Positions 38,788 to 48,763 of a stretch of 64,000 nucleotides of DNA are shown here, piece by piece; position 1 is the stretch's first letter; every line of letters starts with the position of its first letter. Origin of the DNA: an uncultured Clostridia bacterium (GTDB lineage: Bacteria; Bacillota; Clostridia; TANB77; CAG-508); contig CAOXTD010000001.1 of NCBI GenBank assembly GCA_948560265.1, positions 73,439-137,438 on the forward strand, in the 5' to 3' direction. Below the pieces are notes generated by a model, which worked only from the letters and a program-made list of their open reading frames with translations, searched no databases and had not been told where the DNA came from. The position numbers were made by a program, and so were the translations under genes.

Positions 38788-39825
38788 ATGAAGAGAGAAT
38801 TATTGGAAAAATTACAACAAGCTTGTGAATTAATGACAAGAGATTATCATATGCAAACTGGAAACAGGCATATTAGATTTAGTGTATTACAACTTTTAGA
38901 AGAAAAATATCCAGAAGTAACTTTAAGAACTGACTTAGTAAGACAAGCAGCGCAACTTTATGATGAATATCAAGGAAACGAAGAATATATCCATATTCCA
39001 GATATCCATCAAATGCTATATAACTTAAGATGTTATCCAGTACTAGGTGCTTTTGATATGCAAAGTGGAGAGTTGGAAGGAGTTGTTACAATTAAATATC
39101 ATGAAAACACTTCAGAAAAAGAAACAGATCCATATTATCCAAAGCCAGATGCAAAATTCTTTTCTATTACAGGAGTTATTGTAAAACAAAGAGAGAATAT
39201 GTTAAATAAGGGATTAGGTAGCAATTTATATGCTTCATCTATATTAGGGTTGCAGGAATATGCTAGTCAACATCCTGAGGAGAACGTAGAATTAAATGTA
39301 GTTATTGACTGTACTAATTTACCGAGTTTATATGCTTTGACAAATGGAAATGAAAAAATAGCAGCAGGTGGATATTTGAGAGCAAATCAAAAGTTACCAG
39401 CAGTTTTAGATGGAATTTATACTGTAAGAGATGAAGAACGCCATTTAATAGAAGCACCAACGTATGTTATTAAAATTCCACTAATGCCACGAAAAATAGA
39501 AGAAGATGAGAGGGAATGCCAAGTTTTTTCATATAATACTAAAAGAGATACACCAAGTTATCAGCAATATGAAGAGTTATTAGATACTATTTTAGAAAAG
39601 ATTAAACAAGATGAAACGTGTATGGTGACACAAATGGAAGATGAAGGAACAGGAACAGTTAGTTATATTCATACAGACAATTTAGAAATTCATTTAGAAG
39701 ATATGAAATTGGAACGAAATGGAACGCAAAATATTGGAAAGAAAAGGATTCCGAGAGGAGATGTTAGTAGCTTCGTAGGTCCAATGCCAGACTTAAGAAA
39801 AGAGATAGAGGAGGACGAAAGATAA
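38788..39825 (+). CDS. hypothetical protein with a possible GNAT-like acetyltransferase core
   Basis: The start is set at ATG 38788 (AAAGGGG 10 nt upstream); the listed TTG 38734 lies inside the terminator hairpin. NKGLGSNLY resembles the GNAT motif A. Confidence 0.7.
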   Translation: MKRELLEKLQQACELMTRDYHMQTGNRHIRFSVLQLLEEKYPEVTLRTDLVRQAAQLYDEYQGNEEYIHIPDIHQMLYNLRCYPVLGAFDMQSGELEGVVTIKYHENTSEKETDPYYPKPDAKFFSITGVIVKQRENMLNKGLGSNLYASSILGLQEYASQHPEENVELNVVIDCTNLPSLYALTNGNEKIAAGGYLRANQKLPAVLDGIYTVRDEERHLIEAPTYVIKIPLMPRKIEEDERECQVFSYNTKRDTPSYQQYEELLDTILEKIKQDETCMVTQMEDEGTGTVSYIHTDNLEIHLEDMKLERNGTQNIGKKRIPRGDVSSFVGPMPDLRKEIEEDER

Positions 39826-39827
39826 AT

Positions 39828-41195
39828 ATGGAATTAAATACAATACAATTCTTTAAAGAAATTGCGAAAATACCAAGAGAGTCAGGCAATGAAAAGCAAA
39901 TTGCAGAATATTTGTGTCGATTTGCAGAAGAAAGAAACTTGTTTTATGAGCAGGATCAATATCATAATGTATTAATTAAGAAAAAAACTGCTCACAAAGA
40001 GCCAATTGTTTTACAAGCACATACAGATATGGTGTGTGAAAAAGAAGAGGGAAAGGTGGTTGACTTTGCTAAAGATGCTATTGAGGTAATAGAAGAAAAT
40101 GGATATTTAAAAGCGAAGGGAACAACTCTAGGAGCTGATAATGGAATAGGCGTAGCACAGATATTAGCCATTTTAGATAGTGACATTCCTTGTAATATAG
40201 AAGCAATTTTTACTGCAACAGAAGAAACCTCTATGATAGGTGCCATGAATTTTGATGTAAGCAAACTGGAAGGAAAGAAATTACTAAATTTAGATGGTTT
40301 TGAAGAAAATGTTATTTTAATAGAAAGTGCATGTTTTTATGATATCATTTTAAAACTGAACAATAGATTTAGTAAGCCAAGAAGACAAAATACATATAAC
40401 ATTATTTTAAGTGGAATGGAAGGAGGACATTCAGGATTTGAAATTGATAAAAAACGTGGGAATAGTAATATAGAATTAGCCAAATTACTAGAGAAAATAG
40501 AAGATATAGAAATAAGTGATTTTGTAGGAGGAACAAAATTCAATGTAATTCCTTTGCAGGCTAAAGCAAAAATTATGACTAATTTAACAGAAATAGAAAT
40601 GGAAAGATTATGTCAAGACATGCAAAAAGAGTTACGAGCAAATTATCCTAAAATTAAAGTTACATCAGTATTTAAAAATATAAAAGAAAAAGTAATTGAT
40701 ACGCAGCAATCAAAAGAATTTTTACAAAAAATAATACAATTTCCACACGGAGTGTTTTATAGAAATGAGAATCAAGAAGTGACTACATCTGTTAATTTAG
40801 GTGTTGTTAATTTGCAAGAGCAAAAATTTAAAGTGGGAATGAGAAGTTCAAAGGAATCAGAAGAGCAGGAATGTTTGAATGTACTTAAAAGTTATAGTGG
40901 GAAATTTCAATTAGACTTTACTATTATAGGATCACAACCAGGTTTTGAATCCAATCCTAATAGTTCACTTATTCAGGAATTGTTAAAATCTCACCCTATA
41001 GAGGAATTTAAAGAGTCTCCAAAATTAAAACCAGTTCATATTACAGTAGAAGTGGGATTTTTTAAACAGAAAATTCCAAATCTTCAAATTGCTATTATTT
41101 CTCCTAATATTCAGGGAGCACATACTACAAAAGAATGTGTAGAAATAGATTCTATTAGAAAAGTAGACAAATGGCTTATGAATTTTATAGAATAA
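39828..41195 (+). CDS. pepD: aminoacyl-histidine dipeptidase (M20 family, PepD-like)
   Basis: IPRESGNE, QAHTDMV and GADNGIG motifs. Starts 2 nt after the upstream stop. Confidence 0.85.
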   Translation: MELNTIQFFKEIAKIPRESGNEKQIAEYLCRFAEERNLFYEQDQYHNVLIKKKTAHKEPIVLQAHTDMVCEKEEGKVVDFAKDAIEVIEENGYLKAKGTTLGADNGIGVAQILAILDSDIPCNIEAIFTATEETSMIGAMNFDVSKLEGKKLLNLDGFEENVILIESACFYDIILKLNNRFSKPRRQNTYNIILSGMEGGHSGFEIDKKRGNSNIELAKLLEKIEDIEISDFVGGTKFNVIPLQAKAKIMTNLTEIEMERLCQDMQKELRANYPKIKVTSVFKNIKEKVIDTQQSKEFLQKIIQFPHGVFYRNENQEVTTSVNLGVVNLQEQKFKVGMRSSKESEEQECLNVLKSYSGKFQLDFTIIGSQPGFESNPNSSLIQELLKSHPIEEFKESPKLKPVHITVEVGFFKQKIPNLQIAIISPNIQGAHTTKECVEIDSIRKVDKWLMNFIE

Positions 41196-41267
41196 ATCCT
41201 TTACTTTTGTTCTTTTTTTGTGTAAAATGGATATGTAAGAATTAAAAAGGTAGAGAGGATAAAATTT

Positions 41268-41624
41268 ATGAAAAAGCAAATCATATCATTGATTACAGCA
41301 GTTACTATTTTCTTTATATTGGGATTGACAGATTGCGTATTAGCAACGAATCAGCCAATTGAAAATGAAGATACACCTATTACTAGTGAAGTAACAAATG
41401 TACAAGAACCAGGAATGACACAAAATCAAGATAATACACAGTGGGTTGGTGCTAATTCTACTCCGACAGATTATATTAATGACATTAATAGCCAATTACA
41501 GAATATAGTATCGAAGCAACAGCCAAAAGACAATAGAAGAGCAGTTGCTGTTACTATCATTATTATTGTTACAGTTGCTCTTATTGCAATGCTTGTAACT
41601 TGGTATTATATGACAAATCGATAA
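41268..41624 (+). CDS. hypothetical protein with signal peptide and C-terminal TM anchor
   Basis: N-terminal hydrophobic segment and a C-terminal VAVTIIIIVTVALIAMLV helix. Confidence 0.6.
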   Translation: MKKQIISLITAVTIFFILGLTDCVLATNQPIENEDTPITSEVTNVQEPGMTQNQDNTQWVGANSTPTDYINDINSQLQNIVSKQQPKDNRRAVAVTIIIIVTVALIAMLVTWYYMTNR

Positions 41625-41679
41625 AAACAAGAATGGTGCTTGAAAAACTTCAAGTACCTTTTCGTTCATAGGAGATAAA

Positions 41680-42204
41680 ATGGAAGAGTTTGATTTTGAA
41701 CAGGCGAATAATCGAGAATATGTGTTAAATATAGTAAAAAAAGATGGAAAATTATTAGACTTTGCTTCTAAGGAGTTGCAAGATGATAAGGAAATTGCAA
41801 TGGCGGCAGTAGAACAAAATCCAATTGCATTAGAATTTGTGAGCACGAGATTAAAAGGAGATAGAGAAATTGTATATAGTTCTGTATCGAGAATAGGGTG
41901 GACAGCTTGTTATGCTAGTGATAAGTTACGAGGCGACAAAGAATTGATGCTAGCGGGGCTAAAGATAGAAGGACAAATTTTATATTATTCTTCTAAAGAG
42001 CTAAGAGATGATAAAGATATCGTTTTACAAGCAGTTACTAAAAAAGGGTTAATTTTGAAATATGCAAGTAGACGTTTGAGAAATGATAAAGAGATAGTGC
42101 TTGCAGCCATTAAACAGGATAAAAGAGCAAAAGAATATATTGATTCAGAAGAATTAAAACAAGATGAAGAGATACAAGCTATTTTAAATCCACCACAGGA
42201 GTAA
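41680..42204 (+). CDS. DUF4116 repeat protein
   Basis: Repeated L(K/R).D(K/R)EIV..AV..(N/G)...L.(F/Y)(A/S)S units. Confidence 0.7.
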   Translation: MEEFDFEQANNREYVLNIVKKDGKLLDFASKELQDDKEIAMAAVEQNPIALEFVSTRLKGDREIVYSSVSRIGWTACYASDKLRGDKELMLAGLKIEGQILYYSSKELRDDKDIVLQAVTKKGLILKYASRRLRNDKEIVLAAIKQDKRAKEYIDSEELKQDEEIQAILNPPQE

Positions 42205-42207
42205 GAA

Positions 42208-42888
42208 ATGGAATCTATTAGAGAAAAATTATTTGAATTACAAGATAAAAAATATCAAGAATTTCATAGTAAATTATGTCCAAATGTAAATGACATCATT
42301 GGGGTCCGCATTCCGAATTTAAGAAAGTTGGCAAAACAAATTGCCAAAGAAAGTCCACAAGAATACTTGAAAAATGCACCCATAGAGTATTATGAAGAAA
42401 GAATGTTACAAGGTTTAGTAATTGGCTATATGAAGGCAGAATTAAAAGAAAGATTGGAATATTTAGATAAATTTGTACCAATTATTGATAATTGGGCAGT
42501 TTGTGATTGTTGCACTTCAACTTATAAATTTACTATCAAATATCCAGAAAAAATGTGGGAATATATTCAAAAATATCTTTCATCTAATCGAGAATTTGAA
42601 TTACGTTTTGCAATTATTATGCTTATGGACTATTATTTAGAAGAAGAATATATTGACCAAGTTTTAGCCATATATGATAGTATTCATAATGAAGGCTATT
42701 ATGTTAAAATGGGAGTAGCATGGGCTTTATCTATGGCATATGTGAAATTTCCAGAAAAGACAATGAAGCTATTACAAAATAATCATTTAGATGATTTCAC
42801 TTATAATAAAACATTACAAAAAATGAGAGAATCTTATCAAGTAGATAGCCAAATGAAAGAAAAATTAAAAAGAATGAAGAGAGGGTGA
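42208..42888 (+). CDS. DNA alkylation repair protein (AlkD-like HEAT-repeat family)
   Basis: The N-terminus (KYQEFHSKLCPN...IGVRIPNLRKLAK) and the length are typical of the family. Confidence 0.75.
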   Translation: MESIREKLFELQDKKYQEFHSKLCPNVNDIIGVRIPNLRKLAKQIAKESPQEYLKNAPIEYYEERMLQGLVIGYMKAELKERLEYLDKFVPIIDNWAVCDCCTSTYKFTIKYPEKMWEYIQKYLSSNREFELRFAIIMLMDYYLEEEYIDQVLAIYDSIHNEGYYVKMGVAWALSMAYVKFPEKTMKLLQNNHLDDFTYNKTLQKMRESYQVDSQMKEKLKRMKRG

Positions 42889-42894
42889 AATGTT

Positions 42895-43581
42895 ATGCCA
42901 TCGTGGGCAATTCATTTAAAAGTAGCAAAAGAGTTAGCAAAAGATATGCCGCAAGAAGAGGAACAACGTTTCTTATTAGGAAATCTTTTGCCAGATGTAA
43001 ATGTAGGATATTTAATTAATCCAATTTCTAAACAAATTCCATATAGTATAACTCATTATGGGAAAATGGAAACATTTGATGGAAAGACGAGGGAGTTCCC
43101 AGACTATGAAACTTTTATAAAAAAATATGTAGATAGTATGAAAGACCCAATTGTGAGAGGTTACTTAGCCCATTTAGCAACTGACTTTTACTGGAATTAC
43201 CAAACCTATATTAAAAAAGGAATTTATAAAAATGGCAAAATGATAGGATTACAGGGAAAGACTAATGTAGTTTTGGGAGAAAGTGAAGTGCTACGCCAAA
43301 CGAAGGTTGGAGATTTTAATAGTCTTTCTTATCATTTATATCATAATAATCTAGTAGAGATTCCGAAGTTTAAAGAAGAGTTTGTTCAGGAGGCACAGAA
43401 GGTAAGTGAAATTCATATTGAAAAAATAGACTTAGAAGGGGTAAATCAATATTTTAAAGAAGTTCCAGAAAAAATACAAAAGGAAAATAAAGCATTTAAA
43501 ATATTTAGCTTAGAAGAAATGGAACAAGATTTAGAGGAAAATGTAGAGTTTATACAAAATCTTTTTAAAAAGATAGAATAA
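42895..43581 (+). CDS. hypothetical protein (possibly zinc-dependent phospholipase C-like fold)
   Basis: N-terminal W.IH and a later HLATD could be His-rich metal sites. The assignment is weak. Confidence 0.6.
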   Translation: MPSWAIHLKVAKELAKDMPQEEEQRFLLGNLLPDVNVGYLINPISKQIPYSITHYGKMETFDGKTREFPDYETFIKKYVDSMKDPIVRGYLAHLATDFYWNYQTYIKKGIYKNGKMIGLQGKTNVVLGESEVLRQTKVGDFNSLSYHLYHNNLVEIPKFKEEFVQEAQKVSEIHIEKIDLEGVNQYFKEVPEKIQKENKAFKIFSLEEMEQDLEENVEFIQNLFKKIE

Positions 43582-43608
43582 TTTGATAAAAATATCAAAG
43601 AATAAGTA

Positions 43609-43866
43609 ATGGTGATAAAAATGAAAATGTCTTGGATTAAATATGAAAAAGATGACAGAAGTTTTCGACTACCAGAAGCTTTAGGCTTTGATGTTTTTAA
43701 ATTGCAGGATTTAGAGCAAACAGATAATACAATTAAGGAGTTAATCGGAAAAAAATATGATACTATTATTATTTCTAATGAAGTAGCAGGATTTTCCGAA
43801 GATATCATAAAAAAGTATCAAAAAGATAAAGAAATTAAAATTGTCATTTCTCTGGACAAAGACTAA
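43609..43866 (+). CDS. hypothetical small protein, weakly V-type ATPase subunit F-like
   Basis: 85 aa. Its ALGFDVF...YDTIIISNEVA segment resembles subunit F, but no ATPase genes are nearby. Confidence 0.45.
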   Translation: MVIKMKMSWIKYEKDDRSFRLPEALGFDVFKLQDLEQTDNTIKELIGKKYDTIIISNEVAGFSEDIIKKYQKDKEIKIVISLDKD

Positions 43867-43893
43867 TAAGATAGAAATAAGGAGAAAGACAAA

Positions 43894-44334
43894 ATGGAAA
43901 AATATATATTTGCATGTATTGGAACTAGCCAATTAATAGAGGATTCTTTTGGACCACGTGTAGGTGAGATTCTAGAAAAGAAATTAAAACAAAATGAAAA
44001 CATTAAAATATTGGGAACCATGAAATGCCCTATTCATTTTCAAAATGCTCCTATTTTTTTAGATTATTTAAGCAATTTACCTGGCAAATTAATTGTAATA
44101 GATTCTGCTTTAGGAGAAGAGAAACTAATTGGTAATACTTATATGAATAGAGGAGGAATAGAAATTGGCAAAGCTTTTGGGAGAAGTCTTTATTTCCCTG
44201 CGCAATGGAACATTAAAACTATTGTAGGAAAACAAGCAAAGCAATTACAGGAAGAAAAAGCAACTTATCAAATAAACCAATTAGCACAAAGATTGGCTAC
44301 ACAAATTGTAGATGTTATGCAAGAATTGACCTAA
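43894..44334 (+). CDS. yyaC: sporulation protein YyaC (GPR-like endopeptidase family, DUF1256)
   Basis: CIGTSQLIEDSFGPRVG ... VIDSALG pattern. Confidence 0.75.
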   Translation: MEKYIFACIGTSQLIEDSFGPRVGEILEKKLKQNENIKILGTMKCPIHFQNAPIFLDYLSNLPGKLIVIDSALGEEKLIGNTYMNRGGIEIGKAFGRSLYFPAQWNIKTIVGKQAKQLQEEKATYQINQLAQRLATQIVDVMQELT

Positions 44335-44422
44335 AGTTTTTCAAAACACCTGTATAAAAAATTACAGAAATGGAAAAAATAGAACTAGTTAATAAAACAC
44401 TAAGAAAGGAAAAAGAAAAAAA

Positions 44423-44782
44423 ATGGATACAGGTGGAATGAAAAATATTGTAATATTAAAGGATTTGCCTTCTAATTTAGTAGAAGAAGCAATTGTATTT
44501 TTAAAGGAAAATCAGAAATTGAAGAAACCAGAATTGGTGGATATCGAAAATAAAAATCAAAAAGGAAAAACTACATCAAAAGTAGAAAAGAGTAAAAAGG
44601 ATTATATTGTAAATGAAGCGCAAATGCTTATTGCAGAATATATCTCTAAGATAGAAAATAACCATAAAAATGAAGAATTTTCTTATAAAAGATTAAAGAA
44701 AAAATATCGATTATTAAAAAAAGTAAGCTGTGTTTTAGCAATAGGGCTTGCAATTAATATTATTTTACTATTTGTTATTTAA
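44423..44782 (+). CDS. hypothetical protein with C-terminal TM helix
   Basis: 119 aa, Lys-rich, ending in the CVLAIGLAINIILLFVI anchor. Confidence 0.55.
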   Translation: MDTGGMKNIVILKDLPSNLVEEAIVFLKENQKLKKPELVDIENKNQKGKTTSKVEKSKKDYIVNEAQMLIAEYISKIENNHKNEEFSYKRLKKKYRLLKKVSCVLAIGLAINIILLFVI

Positions 44783-44852
44783 ATTAAGAATAATACATCT
44801 CTTCTAGGCATATAAATGAAGCAAGAAGCTACAAAGGAAGAGGTGTATTTTT

Positions 44853-45854
44853 GTGGAAAAAACAATATCTCCAGAAGAAAGAATTAGAAGAGCAGAAGAA
44901 ATTTATTATAGAAGAAGAGAAAATAGTAATTCTGTTAGAATGTCTAGTAGTCAGGTAAAAGAGGAAAATGAAAACAGAAGGATTTCTCTTTACAAAAAGA
45001 TGATTATACAAGTTTTAACTTGTATTTTAATTTATCTAATTTTTTCTTTAATTAAAGAAGCAAACTATATTTTCTCAACAGATGTGATGAACAAGACGAA
45101 AGAATTTCTAAGTACAGATATCAACTTTCAAATTATAGCGGAAAATGTAGGACAGTTTTTTCAAGATAACCAAGATAAATTAGACTTCTTAGGGAGTTGG
45201 TTAAAAGAAGATGGAAATGAAGCTAAAAATGAAGAAAATGCAAATCAAGAAAATGAACAAAGCGAAAATGAGAATACAGAAAATAAGGAAAATGCACAAG
45301 TAGAAGATAATACAGAAAAGGAAAACAAAGTGACTAATGAGGCAAAAGACAATACAGCTAATCAAATAGGAATAGGTGGGGCTTCTAATAGTGAAGCGGC
45401 AGTAGCAACATCTTCTAGTGGGAGCAGTAACAAAACACAAATGCAAAAAGATGCGGATTATATTAAAGCAAACTTCAAATTAGAGCTTCCACTCAAAGGA
45501 ACTGTGACATCACATTATGGAAAAAGAGAAGCAACAGAAATTGTATCAGAAAATCATTATGGTATTGATATCGGTGTAAATGAGGGAACAACAGTCGTAG
45601 CGGCAATGGAGGGAAAAGTGAGTTTAGTTTCGACACAAGGAGAGTATGGTACTCATATAAAGATTACCAATAAAGATATTACTACAATTTATGCGCATTG
45701 TAGTAAGATTTTGGTAAAGCAGGGTGCAACAATAAAAAAAGGACAAAAAATAGCTCTTTCTGGAAATACAGGAAGAACAACAGGGCCACATCTGCATTTT
45801 GAAATACGTAGAAGTAATAGAGTAGTTGATCCAGAATTAGTTTTAAAATTTTAA
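44853..45854 (+). CDS. M23/LytM-domain membrane protein, SpoIVFA-like
   Basis: TM helix, an acidic Asn/Glu-rich linker, and C-terminal HYGIDIG ... GPHLHFEI. It lies directly upstream of an M50 site-2 protease gene, as in spoIVFA-spoIVFB. Confidence 0.7.
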   Translation: MEKTISPEERIRRAEEIYYRRRENSNSVRMSSSQVKEENENRRISLYKKMIIQVLTCILIYLIFSLIKEANYIFSTDVMNKTKEFLSTDINFQIIAENVGQFFQDNQDKLDFLGSWLKEDGNEAKNEENANQENEQSENENTENKENAQVEDNTEKENKVTNEAKDNTANQIGIGGASNSEAAVATSSSGSSNKTQMQKDADYIKANFKLELPLKGTVTSHYGKREATEIVSENHYGIDIGVNEGTTVVAAMEGKVSLVSTQGEYGTHIKITNKDITTIYAHCSKILVKQGATIKKGQKIALSGNTGRTTGPHLHFEIRRSNRVVDPELVLKF

Positions 45855-45871
45855 AATGGAAGGGAAATAAT

Positions 45872-46507
45872 ATGAGTATCAAAATAGATTTGAGGATTTT
45901 CCTGTTTGGAATTCTTTTTTTCTGGACAAAGCAAATTGAGATTTATGCAACTATTATGTTCTTTGCTTTTTTACATGAAATAGCACATTTATGTGCTGGA
46001 CTAGCATTGGGATTTAAACCAAAAACTATGAAGATAACGCCAGTTGGATTTCAAATTGCTTTTAAGACTAAAATAGAAGATTATCATAAGAAGATAGTTC
46101 TTTATTTAGCAGGACCAATGACAAATTTTCTTCTAATTTTAGTGTGCTTTTTATGGAAGACAGAACTAATGATTCCAAAGGAAACAATTATTTATAGTAA
46201 TCTATTATTAGCAATTTTTAATTTACTCCCTATTTATCCGTTAGATGGTGGAAGAATTTTAAAAGAAGTTATACATATTTTTAAAGGAAGAAAAGTAGCT
46301 TATCAAAAAAGCAACCTTATTTCATTTATTACAGTTATTATTTTGACAATTATGGTTAGCATTTCTATTTTGTACATTCATAATATTGCATTTTTACTTA
46401 TTTTGATTTATTTATGGTATTTGGTAATCAAAAGCCAAAAAGAGTATGAAATTTATGAGAAAACCATGGAATTAACAAGGTCATTTGACAAAAAAAGGAA
46501 ATCATAG
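45872..46507 (+). CDS. M50 site-2 protease, SpoIVFB-like (short, no CBS domain)
   Basis: HEIAHL in a TM helix and NLLPIYPLDGGR. At 211 aa it is shorter than the roughly 288 aa I recall for B. subtilis SpoIVFB. Confidence 0.8.
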   Translation: MSIKIDLRIFLFGILFFWTKQIEIYATIMFFAFLHEIAHLCAGLALGFKPKTMKITPVGFQIAFKTKIEDYHKKIVLYLAGPMTNFLLILVCFLWKTELMIPKETIIYSNLLLAIFNLLPIYPLDGGRILKEVIHIFKGRKVAYQKSNLISFITVIILTIMVSISILYIHNIAFLLILIYLWYLVIKSQKEYEIYEKTMELTRSFDKKRKS

Positions 46508-46725
46508 TATAATAAGAAACATCGGAATATGTTTTAAGTACGGAGATTAAAACAAGCATATTCATTTTATGTATAAAAAATGAAAATTACTCCATAATTT
46601 CAAAGAGAGAAAAGAAATGTTGAAGAGTAAGAAAGTGTTTAAATTTTAAGACGAGGCGAATTCTGTTCGCTTTTCTTCGACGTTAAAATGTACGGAATTT
46701 AAAATAAAGGAGAGAAAAAACTTAA

Positions 46726-48762
46726 ATGACAAATGAAGTAAAAACAAATGAGACACAAGAAAGCGGTTTACTAAGGAGACAAAACCGTAGAACAAATGAG
46801 AGAACTGATAGAGCGAGTTCAGAAAGAAGAGAAACTAAAACTTCTAGTTACAGACCAAGAAGAAAGGGGGTTAATACTAGAGAGCAAGCACCAAGAGAGA
46901 AAAAGGTGAAAGAAGAAAGTACAAAGACAGTAGAAAAGGTGATAGAAGAAATAAAGGAGGCAAGGAGAACGCCTAGAAATACAGGTGTGGAAACTAGAAA
47001 TGTAAAGACAGAAAATAGAATTTCAAGAGAAACACGTGGTACAGCTAGAGAGACAAAAAGCAGAACGAGAAATGCTAATCAAGAGGTAATGAAGTTTAAT
47101 TTTAAGAAATCAAATTTAAAGATTATTCCATTAGGTGGTTTAGAGGAAATTGGAAAGAATATTACCGTTTTTGAATATGAAGATGAGATTATTTTAGTAG
47201 ACTGTGGATTAGAATTTCCAGGAGATGACATGTTAGGAGTAGATTTAGTTATTCCAGATATCACTTATTTAATCAAAAATCAAGAAAAGATTAAGGGTCT
47301 AGTAATTACTCATGGACATGAAGATCACATTGGTTCTATACCATATATCTTAAAACAAATTAATATACCAATCTATGCAACAAAATTAACAGTGGCTTTA
47401 ATTAATAACAAACTAGAAGAACATCATTTGCAAAGAAGCACAAAAATGCATATTGTAGAACAAGGACAAACTATTAACTTTGGTAAAATGCAAGTGGAAT
47501 TTATTAGAAGTAACCATAGTATTCCAGATGCAGTCATGCTTGCCATTAATACTCCAGTAGGAACTGTATTACATACAGGAGACTTTAAAATTGATTATAC
47601 TCCAATTGATGACAAGGTAGTTGATTTGGGAAGAATTGCAGAACTAGGAAATAGAGGAGTTTTGGCATTACTTTCTGATAGTACGAATAGCGAAAGAAAA
47701 GGTTTTACTATGTCTGAGAGCAGCGTTGGAGAAGTATTTGACAAACTATTTTTAAATAATTCTAAGAGAATAGTTGTAGCAACATTTGCTTCAAATGTAC
47801 ACCGTGTACAACAAATAGTTAATTCTGCAATTAAATATGGTAGAAAAATTGCAGTATGTGGCAGAAGTATGCAAAATATGATAGAAGCAGCGAGAGAACT
47901 AGGATATATTAAAGAAGCAGATACTGTATTTATTGATATTGACAATATTAAGAATTACCGTGATGACCAATTAGTTATTATTACAACAGGAAGCCAAGGG
48001 GAAGCAATGTCAGCTTTAACAAGAATGGCAAATGGAGAGCATAAGAAAGTAACAATTACACCTAATGATATGGTTATTATTTCTGCAACTCCAATTCCAG
48101 GAAATGAAAAATTGGTATCAAAAGTAATTGATGATTTAATGAAAATTGGTGCAGAAGTAATTTATAGTTCACTAGAAGATGTCCATGTATCAGGACATGC
48201 TTGTCAAGAAGAACAAAAATTAATTTTGACATTGACAAAACCAAAATACTTTATTCCAGTTCATGGTGAATATAGACAATTAATTGCACATGCAGAAACT
48301 GCCAAAAAGATGGGAGTAGAAAGCAAAAATATTTTCTTAATGAATAATGGTAGAACTTTAGAATTAAATGAGAATGAAGGAAAACTAACAACTTCTGTTC
48401 CAAATGGAAAAGTATTAGTAGATGGATTAGGAGTAGGAGATGTTGGAAATATTGTATTACGTGATAGACAGCACTTATCCCAAGACGGACTAATTGTAAT
48501 TGTTATGACAATGGATTCTAATACTGGAGAAATTGTCTCTGGTCCAGATGTAGTTTCAAGAGGATTTGTATATGTGAGAGAATCTGAAAACCTAATGGAC
48601 GATTTAAAACGTACTATTCGTGAACGAGTACGTAAATTAGAAGAGAATCATGTAAGTGATTGGTCAACAATTAAATCAACATTAAAAGATGATTTAAGGG
48701 ATTATATTTTCGAAAAGACAAAGAGAAATCCTATGATTTTGCCAATTATTATGGAGATATAG
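46726..48762 (+). CDS. rnj: ribonuclease J with a 121-aa Arg/Thr/Glu-rich N-terminal extension
   Basis: Metallo-beta-lactamase HGHEDHIG, the beta-CASP domain and the C-terminal domain. The canonical N-terminus MKFNFKK begins at 47089, and the frame stays open upstream to ATG 46726, which has a GGAGAG RBS. Confidence 0.9.
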   Translation: MTNEVKTNETQESGLLRRQNRRTNERTDRASSERRETKTSSYRPRRKGVNTREQAPREKKVKEESTKTVEKVIEEIKEARRTPRNTGVETRNVKTENRISRETRGTARETKSRTRNANQEVMKFNFKKSNLKIIPLGGLEEIGKNITVFEYEDEIILVDCGLEFPGDDMLGVDLVIPDITYLIKNQEKIKGLVITHGHEDHIGSIPYILKQINIPIYATKLTVALINNKLEEHHLQRSTKMHIVEQGQTINFGKMQVEFIRSNHSIPDAVMLAINTPVGTVLHTGDFKIDYTPIDDKVVDLGRIAELGNRGVLALLSDSTNSERKGFTMSESSVGEVFDKLFLNNSKRIVVATFASNVHRVQQIVNSAIKYGRKIAVCGRSMQNMIEAARELGYIKEADTVFIDIDNIKNYRDDQLVIITTGSQGEAMSALTRMANGEHKKVTITPNDMVIISATPIPGNEKLVSKVIDDLMKIGAEVIYSSLEDVHVSGHACQEEQKLILTLTKPKYFIPVHGEYRQLIAHAETAKKMGVESKNIFLMNNGRTLELNENEGKLTTSVPNGKVLVDGLGVGDVGNIVLRDRQHLSQDGLIVIVMTMDSNTGEIVSGPDVVSRGFVYVRESENLMDDLKRTIRERVRKLEENHVSDWSTIKSTLKDDLRDYIFEKTKRNPMILPIIMEI

Positions 48763-48763
48763 T

